Shown here in pieces: positions 38,825-48,301 of a stretch of DNA of 64,000 nt (its first letter is position 1; every line of letters begins with the position of its first letter). A program made the position numbers and the translations under genes. Origin of the DNA: an uncultured Acidimicrobiia bacterium (GTDB taxonomy: Bacteria; Actinomycetota; Acidimicrobiia; IMCC26256; JAENVU01); the NCBI GenBank assembly GCA_963801105.1, contig CAWDDH010000003.1:984785-1048784 (forward strand), in the 5' to 3' direction. A model generated the notes under the pieces. The model did not search any database and was not told where the DNA came from. It worked only from the letters and a program-made list of their open reading frames with translations.

Positions 38825-40433
38825 TTACGCGTTCGGGACCACCACCGCGCCATCTCTCCGCGACATGTCCCGAATCATCCGAATCAGATGGATACCGACC
38901 AGTTGGAGCAACCCGACGAACAGCGCGCCCCCGAGCACCGCGGCCAGCACGAGCGTCAGCAGCGACGCGGATGGCGTCGCCGGGTCGAGGATCCGGTCGA
39001 GCGCGAACGCCACGAGTGCCGCCGGCACCGTCGCGCCGACGACCCGCAGCGTCACCGACGCGAGCCGGCGGCCGTCGATGCGGGCGAGTCGGTGCCGGAG
39101 GGTGAGCAGTCCGAGAACCGCGCCGATGCAGTAGGCGAACGACCACGACCACGCGAGTCCCTCGACGCCCCGCCACTCGTAGAACGCGAAGGCGGTCGCG
39201 ATGTTCGTGCCGTTCTCGATGACGTTGAGGACGAACGGGGTCCGCGTGTCCTGCATCGAGGAGAAGGCACGCACCACGTACAGGTACACCGAGAACGGGA
39301 CGAGCCCGACGGAGAACGCGCGGCAGCGCGTCGGCGGTGCGCACGACGTCCTGCGCGGTGAAGTCCCCGTGATCGAGGAGCGCGCTGATGAGCGGGCGCG
39401 CGAGGACCGCGAGTGCGACCGCGGCCGGGATCATCACGATGAGCAGCATGTTCAGCCCGCGTGAGAAGTGCTCACGCAGGCCCGAGGTGTCGCCGGCCTG
39501 GTGGCGACTCGCGAGCTCGGGACCGAGCGCGGTCATGACCGATACCGCGAGCAGGCCGTGCGGCAGCTGGAAGAACGTGAACGCCGCGAGGTACACGGAG
39601 ACGTTCGAGCTGGTCCGGTAGGCGAGGGCGAGGACCACGAAGAACGCGACCTGGTTCGCCGCCACGTACCCGACGGTCCATCCCGACAGGCGCGCGAGCC
39701 GCCGCACCGCCGGATGGCCCGGGGCCCAGTTCCAGCGGACCCGGATGCCCGCACGGTGCACCGCGGGCAGCAGCACGAGGGCCATCGCCACGACCCCGAT
39801 CGTCGTCCCCAGCCCCAGCAGCAGGACGAGCCAGGGGTCGTCGAGCACCGACTGGACCGTGGGTGGGGCGGTGGTCGCGCGCCCCACCGCGATCAGCATG
39901 ACGATCACGACGACGTTGTTCAACACCGGCGCGAACGCCGCGGCCGCGAACCGCCGCCGGGCGTTGAGCAGCGAGGTCGCCAGCGCGGTGATGCCGTAGA
40001 AGAGCATCTGCGGCATGAACCACCGGAGCAGATCGGTCGCGAGCGCCTGCTGCGCGGCGTGGCCGACGCGCTGGGTGTGGCCCGCGACCGCCACGTACGC
40101 GTCGATGAGCCAGGGCGCCATGAGCGTGCCCGCGACGGTGCCGACGAAGAGCAACGTGACGGCGACCGTCGTGATGGCGTTCGTTGCCGCCGGGTCGTCG
40201 CGTTCATAGGACTCGACGAACAGGGGGATGAGCGTCGCGGTGAGGATTCCGCCGACGAGCAGCTCGTAGACGATGTTCGGCGTCGAGTTCGCGAGGTTGT
40301 AGGCGTCGGTGAGCGGACCGAGCCCGAGCGCGACGAGCGCCGAGACGCGCAGGAAGCCGGTGATGCGCGAGAGCAGCGTTCCGACACCGATCACCGCACT
40401 CGTGCGGGCCAGGCGGACGTCGGAGGCGGTCAC
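38825..40433 (-). CDS. murJ: Lipid II flippase MurJ (frameshift near 39325)
   Basis: LSRITGFLR, AYNLANSTPNIVYELL, FQLPHG, DTRTPF; no fused pseudokinase. Confidence 0.9.
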
Positions 40434-42478
40434 GTGGCGAGCGAGGCGCGAGTCCGGCGGCCCCGGCGCCAGTGGGCGACCCACCATCCGGCGAGGAACA
40501 GGCCCGCGCCGATGGTCAGGAACAGTCCGACTCCGCTGACCACGGAGGAGCGAACGGTGTAGCGCGAGTGCTGGAGGTCGAGCGTGCCATCGGGCGAGGT
40601 CACGGTGATGAGCACCGGGAAGGTGCCCGAGGCGCGCGCCTCGACGTCGAACGTCGTCGTCGTGTTGCCCTTGGCGAGCCGAACGATCTGATGCGATCCC
40701 TCGGGGAACTCGAGCTTCTGGCTCTCGAGGCTGATGCGGACCCGCACCGCCCGTCCGGACCGGTTCTCGATGCTGATCGGGATGGGCGCCTTGCGGGAGG
40801 TCAGCTGCACGGTCCGGCTCTCCGGGGCCTTGATCGCCTCCGTGATCAGCCCGACGGAGGTCGCGATCTGCTGGCTGCGGGCCCGGGACACCGACGGGCC
40901 CGTCCCGGGGACGCCTGACGCGGGAGTCAGGAGCTGCTGACGCCGGAGCTGGGCAACAAGGGGGTCCGAGGGGCCGATCATCGAGCCCAGGCCGTCGATC
41001 CGGCTCCGGTCGGCGGTGAAGGTCGCCGCGCTCGTGGGCGACGCGGGCGGGTTCACCGGGGCGAGCGTGCGGGTGTACGGACGGTTGCCGACGGTCGCGG
41101 CCGGGACCGTGTCGAACAGGTCCGCCACCGAGGCCCCCTCGAGGAGCGGGTGATCGCGCAGGCCCGCGAAGACGGCGTCGACGCGCGTGGGATCGGCCCG
41201 CCAGCGGACGGGGGTGTCGATGACGACGCCGCGTGTGCGGTTCGGTTGCTCGAGCGCCACGACCGACAACGCGGCGAGGAGCTGCTGGGCGCGCAACGCC
41301 GCGGCGCCGGGCGCCACGAGGAGGTCCGAGGTCGTGCGGTTCACCTCGACCGCGTCGAACGAGCCCGCTCCCGTGTCGAGCCGGAACGGGCGGGCCGGGG
41401 TGAACTGGTCCACCGCGCCGGCGTCGCTCAGCGACTCGGGCGCGACGACGAGCCGGGTGCTCCCCCCGTCGGTGCGCAGGCGCGCGAGGGTGGGGTCGTC
41501 GAGCGGCTGGGTCGGCGCGATGGTGCGGTCGACGGCCGCGTCGAGGCCCGATTCCAGGGCGCTCCTTCCGGTCAGGAGCTCGTCGGTGAACGCCTGACCG
41601 AGGTTCGCGCGCAGCAGGCCGGGCCCGTTCACCGTCGTGTACGGGCCCGCGAGGACGGGGGAGGCCGCGGCCGCGTCTCGCAGGGTCTTGAGCACGCCCG
41701 CGGCGGGCTCGGTGGGCGCGAGGTCCTTCAACCCGGCGATGGTCTCGGGGGTGGGTACGAGCGTGAGGGGCACGTCCCCGGCCCCGTCGAGCGCCGCCGC
41801 GATGCGACCGAGGTGTCCCGTCGGCTCGAGGTCGCGCGCGAACGCGGGTGACGGCGAGCCGGTGGGCCCGATCGAGGGCGGCGCGGTGATGCGCCACACC
41901 CAGGCGACCCGCAACGGCTCGACGGGGGCCTCGCCGGGTGCGCGGCTGCGGACCGCGACGAGGTCGGTCACGAAGCTGTCCACGACGTCGGCCGACTCGG
42001 GATCACGCAGCTCGACCTGGACCGGGTAGACGCCCGCCTCACCCGAACCCGGGATCGAGAGTCGGATGCGGTTCGGGTCCCGGGGCAGGTCGGGGTCCTG
42101 GAGCGGGAGGGTGAGGACACGGTCGGCGCCCACGACCGGGAGATCGTCGACGAGCGCCGCCCGCGATCCGAGCCGGCTGCCGAGCCGCTCGCCCTTCAGG
42201 GTCCGCTCGAACGAGAGTCGGGACAGCACCGCGCCGTAGACCGTCGCACGAACCTCGAGTCCTGATGCGGCCGGGACGCGGACCCCGAGCCGGAGCGGCA
42301 CGTCGTCGCCCATCGCGGACCACGCGGGCTGGCCGCGCAGCACGATCGCGCCCGCCGGGGCCGCACCGGCAGGCGACGGTCGAGTCGGGAGGAGCCCGAG
42401 GGTGGCCGCCAGTCCGAGCACGAGCGCGACGAGACCGCGGCCGAGCGCCGGCGCGAACCCGACGGCGCGGTGGCTCAC
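40430..42478 (-). CDS. DUF6049-type secreted/membrane protein
   Basis: Signal peptide, GVYPVQVEL, PISIENR, C-terminal TM; syntenic upstream of murJ with GTGA coupling. Confidence 0.7.
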   Translation of the reverse strand: MSHRAVGFAPALGRGLVALVLGLAATLGLLPTRPSPAGAAPAGAIVLRGQPAWSAMGDDVPLRLGVRVPAASGLEVRATVYGAVLSRLSFERTLKGERLGSRLGSRAALVDDLPVVGADRVLTLPLQDPDLPRDPNRIRLSIPGSGEAGVYPVQVELRDPESADVVDSFVTDLVAVRSRAPGEAPVEPLRVAWVWRITAPPSIGPTGSPSPAFARDLEPTGHLGRIAAALDGAGDVPLTLVPTPETIAGLKDLAPTEPAAGVLKTLRDAAAASPVLAGPYTTVNGPGLLRANLGQAFTDELLTGRSALESGLDAAVDRTIAPTQPLDDPTLARLRTDGGSTRLVVAPESLSDAGAVDQFTPARPFRLDTGAGSFDAVEVNRTTSDLLVAPGAAALRAQQLLAALSVVALEQPNRTRGVVIDTPVRWRADPTRVDAVFAGLRDHPLLEGASVADLFDTVPAATVGNRPYTRTLAPVNPPASPTSAATFTADRSRIDGLGSMIGPSDPLVAQLRRQQLLTPASGVPGTGPSVSRARSQQIATSVGLITEAIKAPESRTVQLTSRKAPIPISIENRSGRAVRVRISLESQKLEFPEGSHQIVRLAKGNTTTTFDVEARASGTFPVLITVTSPDGTLDLQHSRYTVRSSVVSGVGLFLTIGAGLFLAGWWVAHWRRGRRTRASLAT

Positions 42479-43167
42479 AGGGACCGTCGCATGACGCACA
42501 GGCCCGCAGCGAGGTCGCGGAACCCGCAGTCCCGGTAGAGCGCGAGCGCGGCGGAGTTGTCGAGCTGGGTGTTCACCGAGGCGCGACGCACACGGTGGCG
42601 CCGGAGCCACCGCAACCCGTCGGCCACGAGCGACCGGCCGAGGCCCTCGCCGTGGGCGGAGGGATCCACGCCGACGCGCTGGAGGAACCCCTGACGCTCG
42701 GCTCGACCGGTGATCGCATAGCCGACGACCCGGCCGCAGCGCTCGACGACGCGAAAGCGCGTCGCGGGCGTCGCGTCGAGGGTCTGGTCGAGCGCGGCAC
42801 GGTCGAGCCGCCAGAACGGGCGGAACGCCCGCTCGTCGACCTCGAGCACTGCCTCGACGTCGACGGGGTGAGCCCGCCGGGTCGGGTGGGGACTCGGGGG
42901 GAGCGCTTCGAGGTCGTGCTCGAGGAGGTGGAGTCGCTCGTGGACGGAGAACCCGGCGTCGACGAACGGGAGCGTCTCGACGGGCCCGAGGGCGTTGGTG
43001 ACCACCGACGCGTACCCGCAGGTGCGCAGCACACCGAGGCACCGGTCCACGACCTCGGCCGGCGGCGGTCGGCGGGCGCCCACCGCGAGGTAGGCGACGT
43101 CGTTGCGACCGCGCCAGGGTCCGAACCGCGCCCATCCACCGGGCCAGCGCAACGTGTCCTCGGGCAT
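42475..43167 (-). CDS. GNAT-family acetyltransferase
   Basis: QRVGVDPSAHGEGLGRSL, VNTQLDNSAALALYRDCGF. Confidence 0.85.
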   Translation of the reverse strand: MPEDTLRWPGGWARFGPWRGRNDVAYLAVGARRPPPAEVVDRCLGVLRTCGYASVVTNALGPVETLPFVDAGFSVHERLHLLEHDLEALPPSPHPTRRAHPVDVEAVLEVDERAFRPFWRLDRAALDQTLDATPATRFRVVERCGRVVGYAITGRAERQGFLQRVGVDPSAHGEGLGRSLVADGLRWLRRHRVRRASVNTQLDNSAALALYRDCGFRDLAAGLCVMRRSL

Positions 43168-43233
43168 TGTCGGAGCAGCGTACGCGCCCGTCTTTCGGCG
43201 GTCCGGCGCTGACCGCCGCGGTACCGTGCCCAC

Positions 43234-44244
43234 GTGCTCCTGCTCGGGACGGATCCCGTCTTCGCCGACCACGACACCGGCCCGCGCCATCCCGAGCGAC
43301 CCGCGCGGCTCCAGGCCGTGGCCGACGGGCTCGAGCGCTCGGGCCTGGGCTCCGATCTGCGCACGCTCGACCCCCGGGTGGCCACGCGCGCCGAGCTCGA
43401 GCGGGTGCATCCGGCCGCGCATCTGGACCGCCTCGAGGAGACGTGCGCGGCGGGCGGACACTTCGACGCGGACACCCTGGCGTCGCCGCGGTCGTGGCTC
43501 GCGGCGCTCACGGCCGCGGGGGCCGGGCTCGCGGCCGCCGACGCGCTCGCTCACGGCGATGCCGCGGGAGCGTTCCTCGCGGTGCGCCCACCGGGACACC
43601 ACGCGCGCGCCACCCAGGCGATGGGCTTCTGTCTGATGAACAACGTGGCGGTCCTCGCGGCCGACCTCCGCGCGCGTGGCGACCGCGTGGCCGTGGTCGA
43701 CATCGACGCGCACCACGGCAACGGCACCCAGGAGATCTTCTACTCAGATCCCGACGTCCTCTACGTCTCGCTCCACGAGTGGCCGCTCTACCCCGGGACC
43801 GGCCGGTACGACGAGACCGGTGCGGGCGCAGGGGAGGGCGCGACCTGCAACGTCCCCCTCCCGGCGGGGGCGACCGGCGATGTCTACCTCCGTGCGTTCG
43901 ACGACGTGGTCGAGCCGCTGCTCGCGCGCTTCGCCCCGAACTGGCTGCTGATCTCCGCCGGCTTCGACGCGCATCGCGACGACCCCATCACCGGGCTCGG
44001 GCTCTCGGCCGGCGACTACGCCGAGCTGTTCCGGCGGCTGCTCGCGATCGCGCCGGACGGGCGGACCGTCACCTTCCTGGAGGGTGGGTACTCGCTGTCG
44101 GGGCTGCGCGACTCGGTCGCCGCGTCGATCCCGGTGCTCGCCGGCGGCACCGGTGAGGTGCCGGAGGGCGAGGGGGTCACGAGCGGGGGCCCGGGTGAGA
44201 GCATGGTCCGGACGGTCTCGGAGCTCTGGCGCGTGAGGAACTGA
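43234..44244 (+). CDS. Histone-deacetylase-family Zn hydrolase
   Basis: HPERPARL, RPPGHHA, GFCLMNN, DAHHGNGTQ, SAGFDAH, LEGGY. Confidence 0.93.
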   Translation: MLLLGTDPVFADHDTGPRHPERPARLQAVADGLERSGLGSDLRTLDPRVATRAELERVHPAAHLDRLEETCAAGGHFDADTLASPRSWLAALTAAGAGLAAADALAHGDAAGAFLAVRPPGHHARATQAMGFCLMNNVAVLAADLRARGDRVAVVDIDAHHGNGTQEIFYSDPDVLYVSLHEWPLYPGTGRYDETGAGAGEGATCNVPLPAGATGDVYLRAFDDVVEPLLARFAPNWLLISAGFDAHRDDPITGLGLSAGDYAELFRRLLAIAPDGRTVTFLEGGYSLSGLRDSVAASIPVLAGGTGEVPEGEGVTSGGPGESMVRTVSELWRVRN

Positions 44245-44381
44245 CCGGAGCACCCCCGAAACGCCCGATTCCGGCCCGGCCGGTGCCGTCGGCGCCCGTT
44301 CCCCCTTCAGCGTCGGTGCCCACGCGCCGATATGCCCAGGTAAGCACCGGCACGGCCCGGTCTGACTGTGGAGGACGGCGG

Positions 44382-45506
44382 TTGCTCGATCTCGATCAGG
44401 TGTTGCGCGACGCGGTCGAGCGAGGTGCGTCGGACGTCCATCTCAAGGTCGGTTCGCCGGCGCACCTGCGGATCGACGGCGAGCTGCTGCCGATCTCGCC
44501 GGAGCCGGTGCAGGCCGCGGACACCGAGCGGATCGCGTTCGCGGTCATGCCGAAGATCCGCGCCGAGGAGTTCATCGCAACCAACGAGGCGGACTTCGCC
44601 TACTCGCTGAGCGGCGTGGGTCGCTTCCGCGTCAATGTGTTCCGCCAGCGGGGCTCGGTCTCGATGGTGCTGCGCCACGTCCTCCCCGGCATCCCGCCGA
44701 TGGAGGAGCTCGGTCTGCCCGCAGTCGTCCGGCGGCTCGCGGAGGAGAAGCGCGGGCTCGTGCTCGTCACCGGACCGACCGGCTCGGGCAAGACCACGAC
44801 ACTCGCCGCGATGATCGACCACATCAACGAGCACCAGGCGCGTCACATCGTGACGATCGAGGACCCGATCGAGGTCCTCCACTCGGACAAGCGCTCGCTC
44901 ATCAACCAGCGCGAGGTCGGCTCGGACACCGAGGACTTCCTCGGCGCGCTCAAGCGGGCGCTGCGCCAGGACCCCGACGTGATCCTGATCGGCGAGATGC
45001 GTGACCCCGAGACGGTGTGGGCCGCGCTGTCGGCGGCGGAGACCGGTCACCTGGTGTTCTCGACGCTGCACACCATGGGCGCGGCCGAGACGATCAACCG
45101 CATCATCGACTTCTTCCCTCCGTACCAGCAGCAGCAGGTGCGGATGTCGATCGCCGGTGCCCTGAAGGGCATTGTGTCCCAGCGGCTCGTGCAGCGGTGC
45201 GACCACGAGGGCCGGGTCCCGGCGATGGAGGTGCTCGTGGCGACCGGACGGGTGTTCGACAAGATCGCCGACGCGACTGCGACCCACGAGCTCGAGGAGA
45301 TCATCGCCGAGGGCGAGTACTACGGGATGCAGACGTTCGACCAGAGCCTGCTGAACCTCTACGCCTCCGGCATCGTCTCCCGCCGCGACGCGCTCTCCAC
45401 CTCGAGCAACCCGCACGACCTCCGCCTCAAGCTCGAGCACCTCGAGCTGACGCGGGAGGAGAAGAGCGAGCGCGCCGCCGCGCCGGCGCTCGCCAAGTCC
45501 GCCTGA
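44382..45506 (+). CDS. PilT/PilU-family type IV pilus retraction ATPase
   Basis: ASDVHL, GPTGSGKT, TIEDPIE, LRQDPDVILIGEMRD, AETGHLVFSTLHT, GMQTFDQ. Confidence 0.92.
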   Translation: MLDLDQVLRDAVERGASDVHLKVGSPAHLRIDGELLPISPEPVQAADTERIAFAVMPKIRAEEFIATNEADFAYSLSGVGRFRVNVFRQRGSVSMVLRHVLPGIPPMEELGLPAVVRRLAEEKRGLVLVTGPTGSGKTTTLAAMIDHINEHQARHIVTIEDPIEVLHSDKRSLINQREVGSDTEDFLGALKRALRQDPDVILIGEMRDPETVWAALSAAETGHLVFSTLHTMGAAETINRIIDFFPPYQQQQVRMSIAGALKGIVSQRLVQRCDHEGRVPAMEVLVATGRVFDKIADATATHELEEIIAEGEYYGMQTFDQSLLNLYASGIVSRRDALSTSSNPHDLRLKLEHLELTREEKSERAAAPALAKSA

Positions 45507-45545
45507 CCCGGCCCCCGACGCCCGGCGCGGGTCACAATGGCGGCC

Positions 45546-46928
45546 GTGACCGTCCCCCCACGGCTGGCGCCGATGCTCGAACCCGACGCGCCCGTTCAGC
45601 GGGTGGCGGCGGCACTCGTGGCCGACGGTCACGAGTGCTACCTCGTGGGCGGCAGCGTCCGGGATGCGCTCATCGACGACCTCCCCGTCGAGTTCGACTT
45701 CGCGACCGACGCCCGCCCCGACCGCATCGAGGCGTTGCTCGCCCCCATCGCGGATCACGTGTGGCTCCAGGGGCAGCGCTTCGGCACCGTCGGCGCGCAG
45801 ATCGCGGGTGTGCCGTGCGAGGTCACGACTTTCCGCTCCGACGTCTACCGGCCGGAGAGCCGCAAGCCGGAGGTCGCGTTCGGCGACTCGATCGAGACCG
45901 ACCTCTCGCGACGGGACTTCACCGTCAACGCCCTCGCCCTCCGGCTCCCGGATGCGGTTCTCGTGGATCCGTTCGACGGCGCCGTCGATCTCGCCACCGG
46001 CCGGTTGCGCACCCCGCTGACGCCCGAGATCTCCTTCACCGACGACCCCTTGCGGATGCTGCGCGCCGCACGCTTCGTCGCTCGCTTCGGGTTCACCCCC
46101 GACCCGGAGCTGGTCGCCGCGGTCGAGTCCCTCGCACCGCGGCTCGAGATCGTGAGCGCCGAGCGCATTCGCGACGAGCTCTCGAAGCTGCTGCTCGTTC
46201 CCGACCCGTCCCCCGGGCTCTGGTTCCTCGCGCACACCGGGTTGGCCGACCACTTCCTCCCCGAGCTGAACTCGCTGGAGCTGGAGCAGGACCCGATCCA
46301 CCATCACAAGGACGTCCTCGCGCACACCATCGCCGTCGTGGCCAAGACGAGCCCCGACTTGATCCTCCGGCTCGCGGCGCTCATGCACGACGTCGGCAAG
46401 CCCAAGACGCGCTCGTTCGAGCGGGGCCGAGCGACGTTCCATCATCACGAGGTCGTCGGCGCGCGCATGACGCGCGACCGGCTGAGCGCGTTGCGGTACC
46501 CGACCGAGGTCGTCGACGCGGTGACCCAGCTGGTGTACCTGCACCTGCGGATCCACACCTACGCCATGGGCTGGACCGATGCCGCGGTGCGCCGGTACGT
46601 CCGGGACGCGGGCGACCTGCTCGACCGGCTCAACGAGCTGCAACGCTGCGACTGCACCACGCGCAACGAGCGCAAGGCCCGCGCGCTCGGACGGCGGATG
46701 GACGAGCTCGAGGAACGCATCGCGGCGCTCGCCGCGCAGGAGGAGCTGCGGGCGATCCGGCCCCCGCTCGACGGCCGACAGGTCATGGAGTTCCTCGGCG
46801 TCGCGCCGGGGCCGGTCGTGGGCGAGGCGCTCGAGTTCCTCCTCGAGGCCCGGCTCGACGAGGGCCCCATCGACGAGGCCGACGCCTTCGCGCGCCTGCG
46901 CACGTGGGCCGACCAGCGAGACCTCTAG
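45546..46928 (+). CDS. CCA tRNA nucleotidyltransferase with HD domain
   Basis: LVGGSVRD, DLSRRDFTVNA, DDPLRMLRAARF, MHDVGKP; alternative start 45537. Confidence 0.92.
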   Translation: MTVPPRLAPMLEPDAPVQRVAAALVADGHECYLVGGSVRDALIDDLPVEFDFATDARPDRIEALLAPIADHVWLQGQRFGTVGAQIAGVPCEVTTFRSDVYRPESRKPEVAFGDSIETDLSRRDFTVNALALRLPDAVLVDPFDGAVDLATGRLRTPLTPEISFTDDPLRMLRAARFVARFGFTPDPELVAAVESLAPRLEIVSAERIRDELSKLLLVPDPSPGLWFLAHTGLADHFLPELNSLELEQDPIHHHKDVLAHTIAVVAKTSPDLILRLAALMHDVGKPKTRSFERGRATFHHHEVVGARMTRDRLSALRYPTEVVDAVTQLVYLHLRIHTYAMGWTDAAVRRYVRDAGDLLDRLNELQRCDCTTRNERKARALGRRMDELEERIAALAAQEELRAIRPPLDGRQVMEFLGVAPGPVVGEALEFLLEARLDEGPIDEADAFARLRTWADQRDL

Positions 46929-47545
46929 CTTCCGACCTTGCGCGCCCGGAAGATCACCGTCGTCGGGACGAGCGCCCGACCGCGTGATCCGCCGGCCGGC
47001 TCCGGCTCGAGGATCGTGTCGACCTGGAACCCGGCCCGGCCCAGCGCGGCGAAGATGTCGCCGACGCGATGGGGGTGAGCGCCGGTGCTCGTGTCGTCGT
47101 CGAAGTAGGACCGGGCGAGGTAGGGGCGCTCGAGGGGCAGCGCGCCGGGCGGCTCGGGATCGGTCTGCACGCACTCGGCGAGCGGATGCGGCAGCGAGAA
47201 CGCGAACCACGCGCCGGCCCGCAGCACGCGCTGCACCTGCCGGAAGACCCGGCCGAGATCGGCGAGGGTCGCCAGCGACCCCTCGGCGAACGCCACGTCG
47301 ACCGAGTCGCCACGGAGGAAGGCGAGGTCCGCGAGGTCGCCCGTGTGACCCTCGATGCGCGCCTCGGCGTCCTCGGCCCGCTGGCGGGTGGCGAGCACGG
47401 CCTCGGCGCTCGGGTCGACCGTGATGACCGTCGCACCCCCGCGGGCGAGCTCGACGGCCCGGCGCCCGTCGCCACACCCGAGCTCGAGCACGCGCTTGCC
47501 GGTGGTGTGTCCCAGGAGCCGGGCCAGCACGAAGTCGTCGCTCAT
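46925..47545 (-). CDS. Class I SAM-dependent methyltransferase
   Basis: VLELGCGDG, RVLRAGAWF. Confidence 0.82.
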   Translation of the reverse strand: MSDDFVLARLLGHTTGKRVLELGCGDGRRAVELARGGATVITVDPSAEAVLATRQRAEDAEARIEGHTGDLADLAFLRGDSVDVAFAEGSLATLADLGRVFRQVQRVLRAGAWFAFSLPHPLAECVQTDPEPPGALPLERPYLARSYFDDDTSTGAHPHRVGDIFAALGRAGFQVDTILEPEPAGGSRGRALVPTTVIFRARKVGS

Positions 47546-47718
47546 CGGGCCGGGACGCTACCGGTCCCCGGCCACGGTGGGATCGACCGGCGCCGTCCCG
47601 CGGCGCGCCTGGCAGATTCCGACAGCCTCTCCCCCGGGGTGGCGTTCCGGGGGCCGGTCGGCCGGTTCGGGCGTGCGTGCCGTCGCGACGGGGCCGCGGG
47701 CGCTCCTACACTCGCTCC

Positions 47719-48081
47719 GTGGTCCGCGGCACCGACTACGAACTCGCCCGTCGCTCCGTCCTCCGTGATCTCGCGGCGGGACGGGTCAACCGCTCCGACG
47801 TGTGCGACGCCCACCCCGAGCTGCTGCGCGCCGCGCGCAACGTCGGGGAGCGGGTGGGCAAGCCCTGTCCGGTGTGCAAGAGCCGGAAGCTCTTCCACGT
47901 CTCCTACGTGTACGGCGACCGGCTGCGCGCCGCGAACGGTCGGGCGCTGTCCCGGCCCGACGAGCTGGCCAAGCTGTCTCGCAAGCACGACGAGTTCGAC
48001 CGCTACGTCGTCGAGGTCTGCACCGACTGCGGCTGGAACCACCTCGGCCGTCGGGAGATCCACGGCCGCAAGGCCGTCTGA
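47719..48081 (+). CDS. DUF5318 family protein
   Basis: DYELARR, VCDAHPELLRAA, CPVC, YVVEVCTDCGWNHL; TACACT-N6-GTG. Confidence 0.85.
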   Translation: MVRGTDYELARRSVLRDLAAGRVNRSDVCDAHPELLRAARNVGERVGKPCPVCKSRKLFHVSYVYGDRLRAANGRALSRPDELAKLSRKHDEFDRYVVEVCTDCGWNHLGRREIHGRKAV

Positions 48082-48113
48082 CCCGCCTCGCCCGCGGGCC
48101 CGTCGCCCGCCGC

Positions 48114-48284
48114 TCAGTGCGAGGGTTCGTGGGGGTACTGCGTGCAGCACGAGACACACCAGTGCTCGACCTCGTCGACCACGGTCTCGGAGGCGGGCGT
48201 GTCCCACTGCTCGGGGACGACGTAGACGCGCCGGACCGCCAGCAGCTCGGGCTCGTCGCGGGCACAGTTGTCGCAGAGGCTCAC
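48114..48284 (-). CDS. 56-aa Zn-ribbon-like protein
   Basis: CDNC...WCVSCCTQYPH; TAGCGT 7 nt before GTG; appended to the permease ORF in the track only because of a frameshift. Confidence 0.65.
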   Translation of the reverse strand: MSLCDNCARDEPELLAVRRVYVVPEQWDTPASETVVDEVEHWCVSCCTQYPHEPSH

Positions 48285-48301
48285 GCCGGTGACGCTAGCG
48301 A

